IMG/VR virus record: IMGVR_UViG_3300027808_003251
Coordinates: 1 to 40,987 of that record
Origin: a virus
Taxonomy: Duplodnaviria > Caudoviricetes
Length of the DNA stretch: 40,987 nt
Direction: 5' to 3' (one strand)
The position numbers and the translations under genes were made by a program. Each line of letters begins with the position of its first letter. Position 1 is the first letter of the stretch. Below the pieces are notes generated by a model that was not told the origin of the DNA, searched no databases, and saw nothing but the letters and a program-made list of their open reading frames with translations. Of the stretch, positions 8,285 to 15,668 are shown piece after piece.

Positions 8285-8463
8285 TAAAAATATCCTTTCA
8301 CTGTGTTAATCCCTAATGAGCATACTCCCGGGTATCAATCGGGGTTTGGACGAATCCAGGGACAGTGTCGCAACCTATGTGACTTATGTTCACATGCCAC
8401 GGTAGTAGCAGGCCTAGGAACCCCGCCACACCATTGAACAGCACCATCTCCCTGATCATGCTC
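8206..8463 (-). ncRNA. Putative structured non-coding or leader RNA (unassigned family)
   Basis: Starts at the predicted TSS of a perfect sigma70 promoter; several GC-rich stems whose mismatches are G-U only on the minus strand; 12-bp 5'/3' closing stem (8450-8461 with 8206-8217). Confidence 0.6.
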
Positions 8464-8467
8464 TATA

Positions 8468-8496
8468 ATTATAACGCCATGATCCAGTACTGTCAA
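8468..8496 (-). promoter_or_regulatory. Perfect sigma70 consensus promoter TTGACA-17-TATAAT
   Basis: -35 at 8491-8496; -10 at 8468-8473. Confidence 0.88.
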
Positions 8497-8509
8497 CAAG
8501 TCTGGCTAA

Positions 8510-8992
8510 TTACGTTGGGAATGGCCAGTTGTTGCTGGCAGTGGGGCGAGTCTTTAGTTTAATATTTTCTTTGATCACGGTGCCATCATCTTCACACAAG
8601 TCAACTTGATATGGTGCAATGATGTGTACTGCGGCATCTTCTTCAGACCAATCGTGTTCGCCATCATAGAGCCAACCTGCACCACCTTCGTAGTAAAGTT
8701 CTTTGAGTTCCTGTTGTTCTAGTTCACCAATATCATCGCTGAACTCCCACTCAACACTAACACTGTCATCAAACTCACAACCCCACCCTGCGTCTGTTCG
8801 AGCATAGGCTATTTTATCGCCTTCCCAGGGTAGATTGCAATCTAGGTCGCCCTCGATAAAACCTTGTCCCCAGCGATAGGTTTCGTCAATGTTGAACCAA
8901 CTAACACTGTCATCCGGATTCTTACGATACATTTCTACATGGTAGACAATGCTTTTCTTTTCCAATGGTCTGATTAGATATACTTTACTCAT
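8510..8992 (-). CDS. Acidic hypothetical protein (paralog of the upstream gene)
   Basis: Start moved to MSKVYLIRPLEKKS; D/E-rich; YRWG motif shared with 8985-9398. Confidence 0.7.
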   Translation of the reverse strand: MSKVYLIRPLEKKSIVYHVEMYRKNPDDSVSWFNIDETYRWGQGFIEGDLDCNLPWEGDKIAYARTDAGWGCEFDDSVSVEWEFSDDIGELEQQELKELYYEGGAGWLYDGEHDWSEEDAAVHIIAPYQVDLCEDDGTVIKENIKLKTRPTASNNWPFPT

Positions 8993-9398
8993 CTTTGCCC
9001 TCGTATACAACATTGCCTTCTTCATCGGTCAACTCCAATGGACCTTGTAAAATGTAATCTGTGTCACTGTTTGACCAACCCAGTTCTTCCATGCCGTCAA
9101 AGTAATCTTCATCCCAGGCGGTTTCGATAGCCGCTTGTTCTTCTTCCGTCATGTCATCAGGGAATGTCCAATCAGCCCAGCATCCATCGTCAAGGCTTGA
9201 TAGTTCCCAATCATAGTCGCTTTCGCTTAGATTGTATTCTCCATCTTCTGGCTCAATAACAGGTTGTTCATCGCTTTCGCAATAGAACTCGCCCCAGCGA
9301 TAGCCTTCTTCACGAATGATTGTTTTGCCGTCTTTGTACCAGAACTGCTTTTCAACCGCAGACTTTTTGTGTAGAGTTTTGAGTGTCCAAGTTGCCAT
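8985..9398 (-). CDS. Acidic hypothetical protein
   Basis: Start moved to ATG 9398 (TAATG coupling); D/E/W-rich; YRWG motif. Confidence 0.7.
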   Translation of the reverse strand: MATWTLKTLHKKSAVEKQFWYKDGKTIIREEGYRWGEFYCESDEQPVIEPEDGEYNLSESDYDWELSSLDDGCWADWTFPDDMTEEEQAAIETAWDEDYFDGMEELGWSNSDTDYILQGPLELTDEEGNVVYEGKDE

Positions 9399-9622
9399 TA
9401 CAACCACCTTAATGCAAATAATGTGTAGAAATCTTTTCTAACAGTTTCGAACTTAAACGGATTAAGTGGTGATGGACGTTCTGAATACCAGGATGTTAGA
9501 CCCCAATTAACATGATCATAACTGTCGTGTGACGGACCAAAATGTTCTTCGCACCAGTCATAAAGTACATCTTTTCCCACCATGCGTCCTGGATAACAAC
9601 TATAGATTGTTTCGGTTTCCAT
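9398..9622 (-). CDS. Hypothetical protein (WC.E.FG...F.LRW small phage family)
   Basis: Fits the operon; pattern typical of small large-phage proteins. Confidence 0.6.
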   Translation of the reverse strand: METETIYSCYPGRMVGKDVLYDWCEEHFGPSHDSYDHVNWGLTSWYSERPSPLNPFKFETVRKDFYTLFALRWL

Positions 9623-9624
9623 GA

Positions 9625-10320
9625 TTATTTCCTATCGCCAAACAACTGCAACAAATTCAAGAACAAGTTGATAAAGTCCATGTACAAGGTCAGTGCTCCG
9701 CGTACCTCAGCCACATCTGTAGCTTCTACACTAAGTTCTTCACGGATCTTTTGTGTGTCATAAGCAGTTAGTCCAAGGAAGATGATGATGGCCAATGCTG
9801 ATATAACCATCTGCATCACAGTTGATCCAATAAAGATATTAACAATACTGGCGATGACAATGGCTATCAATCCCACAAACATAAACTTACCAACACTGTC
9901 TAGACTTTGTTTGGTAAAGTAGCCATAGCCACTCATGACGCCAAACAAGATGCCTGCACCCATGAAGGCACTCACAATTGATCCCATGGTAAACACAGCA
10001 AAGATCATTGAAAAGCTCAACCCCATCAATGCCGCAAATCCATGCAGGCATAACTGTGCCACACTCTTGCTAGGGTTGTTGGCCAACACATATCCTACAG
10101 CAAAGATGGCCGCCAGTGGTGAAAAGATCACAATCCATTTCATCCAACCTGTAAAAAAGAATTGTAGCAACTCTGGACTAGATCCCACAAAGTAACTCAC
10201 AAACATTGACACAATTACAGCAAGACTCATGTGTCCATACACACGACCCATTGCTGAATTGATTTCTCCAGCAGAACGATATGCACCGCTATTATAAGTT
10301 GTTTCAAACATGTTAATCAT
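9625..10320 (-). CDS. Bax inhibitor-1/YccA family membrane protein
   Basis: Seven hydrophobic helices; TAYDTQKI and ALTLYMDFINLFLNLL motifs. True start may be ATG 10311. Confidence 0.92.
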   Translation of the reverse strand: MINMFETTYNSGAYRSAGEINSAMGRVYGHMSLAVIVSMFVSYFVGSSPELLQFFFTGWMKWIVIFSPLAAIFAVGYVLANNPSKSVAQLCLHGFAALMGLSFSMIFAVFTMGSIVSAFMGAGILFGVMSGYGYFTKQSLDSVGKFMFVGLIAIVIASIVNIFIGSTVMQMVISALAIIIFLGLTAYDTQKIREELSVEATDVAEVRGALTLYMDFINLFLNLLQLFGDRK

Positions 10321-10525
10321 CCCTTTCCATTTCTGTGACCTCTTTGATCAAGGCTTGTAACTGCTCTAATGCAGGAACCATGAGTTTGACTGTTTTGTAG
10401 TCGTTCTCACTGTCACGACCCGATACTTCAATCATGTATGCATTGTCATACATGTACACCGTGAACGATTCGTTGACCTTGATCAACTTGTCGCTAATTT
10501 TATTTACTGTTTTAGTCTTGGCCAT
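10313..10525 (-). CDS. Hypothetical protein (70 aa)
   Basis: AGGA SD; overlapping operon context. Confidence 0.65.
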   Translation of the reverse strand: MAKTKTVNKISDKLIKVNESFTVYMYDNAYMIEVSGRDSENDYKTVKLMVPALEQLQALIKEVTEMERDD

Positions 10526-10742
10526 TTTGTTTTCCTATTGTGTTTGGTGCGTGGTCTAACGCATCGTTATATTCGTCACGATAAAAATATGCATCTTCAT
10601 CGTCGATAGTCACTGTCAAGTCACTATGTCGTAAATCATAATCAACAAAATTATGATTGTCATCGTACACACGAAATACAGTCTGTCCTGTAAATATCTG
10701 TATCAAGTGTCCAGTAACACCGTTGGCTGATTGTGCTTTCAT
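10512..10742 (-). CDS. Hypothetical protein (76 aa)
   Basis: Tight operon packing. Confidence 0.6.
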   Translation of the reverse strand: MKAQSANGVTGHLIQIFTGQTVFRVYDDNHNFVDYDLRHSDLTVTIDDEDAYFYRDEYNDALDHAPNTIGKQNGQD

Positions 10743-10743
10743 G

Positions 10744-11175
10744 CTATTGATATTCTTTGTTTAATTTAACGTTGGTCAGACTAGCAACCACTTGAAACTT
10801 GTCCCAGGCATCCTTTGCCGCAGGGTTACGTTGTAGTTCAGAACTTGGCAACACTGCCTCCAACCAAATTTCTGGTCGTCGGGCAGGATGTGCTCCAAAC
10901 TTGCGTGGTTGATGAAACTTACCTTGTTCCCACAAGTCCATAGTGACCTGTCGAAACTTGTGTTCGTCTTCAGCCGGGTAGTCCATCCACTCGTGGCCGC
11001 CAAATATGCCTCCGAGTATTTGGCCTCCTCCATACCCTTCCCAAATACCTGACCATTGAGTGTCATCATTGGGATCAAAGTCGGTACGGGCAATGATAAC
11101 CAGCACATCGTCAATGTCTACTCGACCATCAACAATGTCTCGCACACATCGGCTATAACTAAGTCCAATTTTCAA
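10744..11175 (-). CDS. Hypothetical protein (143 aa)
   Basis: TTG start overlapping the ligase stop, with GGAG SD. Confidence 0.65.
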   Translation of the reverse strand: MKIGLSYSRCVRDIVDGRVDIDDVLVIIARTDFDPNDDTQWSGIWEGYGGGQILGGIFGGHEWMDYPAEDEHKFRQVTMDLWEQGKFHQPRKFGAHPARRPEIWLEAVLPSSELQRNPAAKDAWDKFQVVASLTNVKLNKEYQ

Positions 11176-12545
11176 AGTTTTTCTCCTGCTTCAAATCCAC
11201 GGAATCGCAAAAAGCGTGGGAATCTCAAACTGTATGATCCGTCTTGGTTTTGGGTAACTGCGTCCGCTTCAACCTCAACCACCCGATCAAGAAGCTCATT
11301 GCGAGCGGCCCAATACTCATCGCGATTGCTATCAGACAAACCGCTACCAACATTAACACGAATAGTTCTGTCATTGTCAACTCCTTCACATATTATAGCA
11401 CCCAGGCGGCCTAGATTGCGACCAGTACCTTCTTCAAATCCCACAATGTTCAAATCCACTGTGATTGTGGGTTTCCATTTCATCCAAAAGTCTGAACGTT
11501 TGCACTCATAAGGTGCATCCATGCTCTTGATCATGATGCCTTCGTAGCCTTCTTCTACTGAAGCTTCGGCAAAACGGCGCATGACATCATGTCCTTCTGC
11601 TGTGTCCAAGTCCACATCCATACCAGGCATCACACGCACACACCCATTTTCTGGTAACATTGCTTGAGCACGTTTTAAGAGATCAATGCGTTTGTGTTGC
11701 TGTAGATTACAGAAGCCATCGCGGAACTCCGTTAGTGGAAGAATATCAAACACATGATATACCATGTTTGTGGTTTTGGCATCTCGTTTGCGTTGTGCTT
11801 GTTTCATCAAGTCTTGGAAATTCTTGCCCACAATCTCACCATCCAACACAAACTGTCCGCCAAAGGCAGAATCACGCTGGAATGCTTTGCGATGTTCTTC
11901 GATAAAGTCTGCAATCTGTGGGAAGTTCTCAAACTCTTTGCCATTACGGCTGTACAATGTACAAGCAGATCCATTCACAACTGCCAACACACGTACACCA
12001 TCCAGTTTGACTTCCAGGCGTTTGATACCTTTTAGCTTTTTAGGTTGGTCTGTGGAGTCCTGTGCCAGTTGGCAACTGAACACGGGAATCTTCCATTCAG
12101 TTTTGCCCAGCACCTTGTTAAGTGTTTTTTCTGAGATACCGCATCTCAAGTCCTTGATCAGCACTCGACGAGCCAAGTTGTTCCACTCGTCTGAGTCAAA
12201 CATCTGACTGCAAGTTTCAATTGCTTCTCTTGCACGATTACCAGTGATGCTACGAGTACGCAGGCTTTCTAGCAAGGCCCAAAATCCAGGCCAGTGGTTT
12301 GGCTGTCCAGTTAACCCTTGAGTTTCTGGCACTTGCCGAACGCCAAACACATAGAAAGGATTGTAGGCTTGATAGCAGTTGAACAAGAAAGCCTGTGCGT
12401 CAGCTGAGCCTAACTTGGATGCCATCAGGGCCTTTTCAATAGTTTTTTCTTTATGTATGCGGCTGTCTGAGCTTTCGAGATCGCGGATCCAACCTGCTGC
12501 CATTATACCCGAGAACCTTGGGTCAGAGAAGTTTGTTTCATTCAT
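11172..12545 (-). CDS. ATP-dependent DNA ligase
   Basis: Motif I EVKLDGVR, LDGEI, VFDIL, EGIMIK, WMKWKP; OB-fold SLRFPRF. Confidence 0.95.
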   Translation of the reverse strand: MNETNFSDPRFSGIMAAGWIRDLESSDSRIHKEKTIEKALMASKLGSADAQAFLFNCYQAYNPFYVFGVRQVPETQGLTGQPNHWPGFWALLESLRTRSITGNRAREAIETCSQMFDSDEWNNLARRVLIKDLRCGISEKTLNKVLGKTEWKIPVFSCQLAQDSTDQPKKLKGIKRLEVKLDGVRVLAVVNGSACTLYSRNGKEFENFPQIADFIEEHRKAFQRDSAFGGQFVLDGEIVGKNFQDLMKQAQRKRDAKTTNMVYHVFDILPLTEFRDGFCNLQQHKRIDLLKRAQAMLPENGCVRVMPGMDVDLDTAEGHDVMRRFAEASVEEGYEGIMIKSMDAPYECKRSDFWMKWKPTITVDLNIVGFEEGTGRNLGRLGAIICEGVDNDRTIRVNVGSGLSDSNRDEYWAARNELLDRVVEVEADAVTQNQDGSYSLRFPRFLRFRGFEAGEKL

Positions 12546-12557
12546 ATATTTACTTGG

Positions 12558-12974
12558 TTACCATGAACTATTATAAAACACTTTAAGTCCCATGAACAAC
12601 TCGGCTCGGGCATTCTTGATGAATTCAAGATCTTCTTTACGGTAGTGATCGTCTGCGTCGTTGCCAAAAAAGAATCCTGAGGTGCCTGGCAAGGAACCAG
12701 CAATAACATCAAGCTCTAGTATTTCGAGATCCTCATAAGTGAGTTCTAGCTCAATTCCATTAAAGTTGCTACCATCCTGGTTGCCATCATTGCGCTTGTT
12801 CCAAAGTTGCTCCATCCAGCCATGTAGGTTAGGATGCTTACGCCAGTAAGCGATTTCACGTGGTTGAGTTACTTTGGTATTGGTGTACTCACCGTCCTTG
12901 AGCTCGCAACCGTCGTAGAACTCGCGTTGCTGGCCTGCACGGGCGGCCACATATGCATACATATCAAGACCCAC
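12558..12974 (-). CDS. Conserved phage hypothetical protein (MGLDMY...YWRKHPNLHGW)
   Basis: GTG start at 12974 with AAGGAG SD; shorter than the track ORF. Confidence 0.75.
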   Translation of the reverse strand: MGLDMYAYVAARAGQQREFYDGCELKDGEYTNTKVTQPREIAYWRKHPNLHGWMEQLWNKRNDGNQDGSNFNGIELELTYEDLEILELDVIAGSLPGTSGFFFGNDADDHYRKEDLEFIKNARAELFMGLKVFYNSSW

Positions 12975-13134
12975 GTCTAACTCCTTTTTGATACTGGTAC
13001 TCACGCTTGAGCCACCACTTGTACTTTGCAAAATATTCTGGCATGGTCATTCTAGGCTGTCCCCATCCGTCGTTTTCTTCGCAATTGTCTCGCCATACAT
13101 CAGCAAGCCAGATGCGAAACGGCTTGATGGTCAT
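12964..13134 (-). CDS. Small hypothetical protein, 56 aa (MTIKPFRIWLADVW...YKWWLKREY...)
   Basis: Below the track cutoff; ATGA overlap with the upstream gene and GGAGG SD; fills the gap. Confidence 0.7.
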   Translation of the reverse strand: MTIKPFRIWLADVWRDNCEENDGWGQPRMTMPEYFAKYKWWLKREYQYQKGVRRGS

Positions 13135-13403
13135 GCCGCCTCCAGCATGTTGGCTGGTACATTGAACAGGCCACCAGGTGTGTTAACCAGCACAAATTTA
13201 ATTTTGACTTTGCGCACGGTGCCAACATAGGTCAGGCCGTTGCGATTGCTGGTGAACTTTACAGAGTCACCAATTGAAAAAATACGTTTCTTTTGTTGGG
13301 TGAGTTGCGCACGGGCAAACTTCACAGCATCAATCACCGTAGACAGTTCGTCATTGGTGAGATTACCAAACATGATAGCAGAGTTGATTTCTTTGACATT
13401 CAT
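13131..13403 (-). CDS. Early small protein with KOW/SH3-like barrel
   Basis: FSIGDSVKF...YVGTVRKVKIKFVLV...VPANML; own sigma70 promoter and AAGGAG SD. Confidence 0.75.
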   Translation of the reverse strand: MNVKEINSAIMFGNLTNDELSTVIDAVKFARAQLTQQKKRIFSIGDSVKFTSNRNGLTYVGTVRKVKIKFVLVNTPGGLFNVPANMLEAA

Positions 13404-13419
13404 TTCAGGCTCCTTTTAG

Positions 13420-13464
13420 TTACTATACAAGTATTATAGCAGAATGGGATTTATTGGTCAACCA
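13420..13464 (-). repeat. Early promoter cassette, copy 1 (TTGACC-17-TATAAT, extended -10)
   Basis: 45-bp direct repeat of 13751-13795 with 1 mismatch; -35 at 13456-13461, -10 at 13433-13438. Confidence 0.9.
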
Positions 13465-13733
13465 AATTCGTACATGTATTGAGCCACTGTAGGATCCAGT
13501 TTGACCAAGTCTTTGGCGGCCGCTGTGAGTTCACGATAGCGTCTGTTTACTTCTGTACGGGGCAATTCGCCATCGCAAGAAAGATTCTCAGGGCTCAGGT
13601 CCGAATCAATCATTTCAGCCACACGTTTACGGCCTGCGGCGGTTTGAATTTCATACACGGGTTCTGTACGCTGACCGCGGAACAGGGCGGCATAACGGTT
13701 TTTGTTGTCAATAAAAGTGGTAAGTGCTCGCAT
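13458..13733 (-). CDS. Early hypothetical protein (LSPENLSCDGE motif)
   Basis: AAGGAG SD and own promoter; bracketed by the two promoter repeats. Confidence 0.8.
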   Translation of the reverse strand: MRALTTFIDNKNRYAALFRGQRTEPVYEIQTAAGRKRVAEMIDSDLSPENLSCDGELPRTEVNRRYRELTAAAKDLVKLDPTVAQYMYEFG

Positions 13734-13750
13734 CGCTAACTCCTTTTTAA

Positions 13751-13795
13751 TTACTATACAAGTATTATAGCAAAATGGGATTTATTGGTCAACCA
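13751..13795 (-). repeat. Early promoter cassette, copy 2
   Basis: -35 at 13787-13792; -10 at 13764-13769; 17-bp spacer. Confidence 0.9.
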
Positions 13796-13796
13796 G

Positions 13797-13824
13797 AAAA
13801 ATGTGGCTAAAAAGCCACACTTTT
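13797..13824 (-). terminator. Intrinsic terminator, possibly bidirectional
   Basis: TGTGGCT-tttt-AGCCACA stem with T-runs on both strands; lies just after the structural operon. Confidence 0.75.
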
Positions 13825-13839
13825 GAGTGATTTTTTAGG

Positions 13840-14979
13840 CTACATCGCCCCGCCACCACCACCACCACCACCACCTCCGTCACCTCCGTCACCACCGTCA
13901 CCACCGTCACCTCCGTCAGCGTCGGCAGAAGCATCTGCGTCAGCATCCGCATCTGCAGTAGCATCATCGCTAGTGAAGCCGCCCGGTGACGTATCACCGT
14001 CCATTACTAGGAATGTTTTCGATACAGGTGCTATTCCTGGAAATATAACTGTGAACGGCCAAGTTCCGCTTGCTAACGCTGTTCCAGTTACTACATCTCT
14101 ACCATTGGCATCGGTTGTACTTGTGCCAGAGGCCCAAGGCAACACATATGAATAGGTTGTTGAAGGTGGTCCAACCACTGCCAACTGCAACAATTGGCTA
14201 ACATATACCGAATCAACGTTAGCATCAGCTGATCCTGGAGTACTGATAATACCTGGGAACCATCCTTGTTGTTCTACAACAGCCACTACCACTGTGGGTG
14301 CAGACACAATTGGAATGGCTCCCGTCGCAGAGCCAAATGTTGGATTAATGGTTGGTTGGCCAGCAGTGAATGTCATAGTGGCTAGGCCAACTTGTCCAAT
14401 GTAAAAACTAGGAACTTTGTAAAATAATCCACCATAGTTTGAAGCACCGTCACCGGCAAAAGTACCCGGGTATCCTGGAGGATTAGGATAAGCAGTACCA
14501 TCGATGTTGTTGTCTAAGAAGATAATAGTAGGATCAAATCCATCTAACCCAACACTGGGTCGAATTCTTAAATTTACCCAAAAATCAGTATTGACCAATA
14601 GTTGAGTTGCTGGTAACTCAGGGTCATAGCCCAATGGCATAGAATCATCATTTGCATAAAAACCCAGAACTTGCACTACCACTTCAGGTGGAGTTATTGG
14701 TTCATCTAGCACTTTTTCTCTTGCTTCGGTGCCGCATGAATAGTCTGTAGAGTTTGCATTGCCAGGAACTTGATATATGGCAACTGGCGGCAATGCTTGT
14801 GGTGGCAATGTGTTGTTCACAAGTGTTGCTTGATTTTCTGCTCCACGAGAATTGAGATATCTCACAGTACCGCGAGTGGCTGGTTCTACTGATGCCACTA
14901 TGGCCGCAGGAATTCCCGCAGAATATTCTTGATTTTCCGGCCACACACTTGGCACAATGTTATCGTGTTTGATACTCAT
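13840..14979 (-). CDS. Putative virion structural protein with acidic Gly/Asp tail
   Basis: Beta-rich P/G/T composition; ATGA overlap with the upstream ORF; C-terminal (DA)n(GGD)nGn. Confidence 0.65.
   Translation of the reverse strand: MSIKHDNIVPSVWPENQEYSAGIPAAIVASVEPATRGTVRYLNSRGAENQATLVNNTLPPQALPPVAIYQVPGNANSTDYSCGTEAREKVLDEPITPPEVVVQVLGFYANDDSMPLGYDPELPATQLLVNTDFWVNLRIRPSVGLDGFDPTIIFLDNNIDGTAYPNPPGYPGTFAGDGASNYGGLFYKVPSFYIGQVGLATMTFTAGQPTINPTFGSATGAIPIVSAPTVVVAVVEQQGWFPGIISTPGSADANVDSVYVSQLLQLAVVGPPSTTYSYVLPWASGTSTTDANGRDVVTGTALASGTWPFTVIFPGIAPVSKTFLVMDGDTSPGGFTSDDATADADADADASADADGGDGGDGGDGGDGGGGGGGGGGAM
13847..13920. repeat. GGT and GGTGACGGW tandem microrepeats
   Basis: Directly visible; encode GGDGGDGGD and poly-G. 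Confidence 0.85.
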
Positions 14980-15665
14980 GTTTTGTCCATCAGTGTGTTG
15001 TTGCGACCTTCTCGCAGTGATCCAAGAATAGCTTGACCAGCTTGTGTTGCGGCATCTGCCACAGACGAAAGATAACTGCTCTGCCCGCCAATTTGAGTGT
15101 CTAATCCTGCTGATGCCAGACCACTCATAAAACTCATAGTAGATTGTTGGCTGCCTGATGTTAGATCAGCAAACGCCAACCCTGCTTTGGTCTGATTGGT
15201 GTATTCATACACATATTGTTCGCATATGGCATTGACACTGTTGTTCAACGATGTGGTAGCAGAAGGATATGTGGAAATCAAACTTGCTATCAAGGTATCG
15301 GCTGCCGGTATGAGTCCTGACGTAAAGGCATCGTTACCGCTGCCATATGTGCCGGCAGCAGGACCGCTTGGAATAATAATTTGTCCCGGATTTAACGGAT
15401 CATCGTACACGCCTTGTACCGTCAACAACATTTGATTGTACAAACTGGTCAATGCAGAAATATTCATGTTATACAGTGTGGCCACTATATTCTGTATTGA
15501 ATTTTTTGTAACGGTGCCAACTGCTGACCCCAAAAAATCCTGCATGGTAAATGTACCAAACTCGCCGGTGCCCGTGGCAAATGTATCTTTGTAATAGGTT
15601 GTTACTGTGTCCGGTACAGGTTTTGTAACATCTTCAACTAGCGGTAGACCTTTGAGCGTTTCCAT
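14976..15665 (-). CDS. Putative baseplate/tail-associated protein (middle piece)
   Basis: In frame with the upstream ORF across TAA-CGC; AGGA SD. Confidence 0.6.
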   Translation of the reverse strand: METLKGLPLVEDVTKPVPDTVTTYYKDTFATGTGEFGTFTMQDFLGSAVGTVTKNSIQNIVATLYNMNISALTSLYNQMLLTVQGVYDDPLNPGQIIIPSGPAAGTYGSGNDAFTSGLIPAADTLIASLISTYPSATTSLNNSVNAICEQYVYEYTNQTKAGLAFADLTSGSQQSTMSFMSGLASAGLDTQIGGQSSYLSSVADAATQAGQAILGSLREGRNNTLMDKT

Positions 15666-15668
15666 GCG

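Noticed and set aside
8345-8365. CTGGATTCG resembling the tmRNA 5' region; also considered 6S, SRP and RNase P
   Set aside because: No GGGG acceptor, T-arm or CCA, no SRP GGAA domain and no RNase P conserved boxes found; left as an unassigned RNA.
13420-13795. Direct repeats as a CRISPR array or attachment sites
   Set aside because: Only two copies, separated by a whole gene and fully explained as promoters; no cas or integrase in the window.
13823-14155. Plus-strand ORF with a poly-Pro/Ser run
   Set aside because: Antisense shadow of the Gly/Asp repeat in 13840-14979; no SD or promoter.
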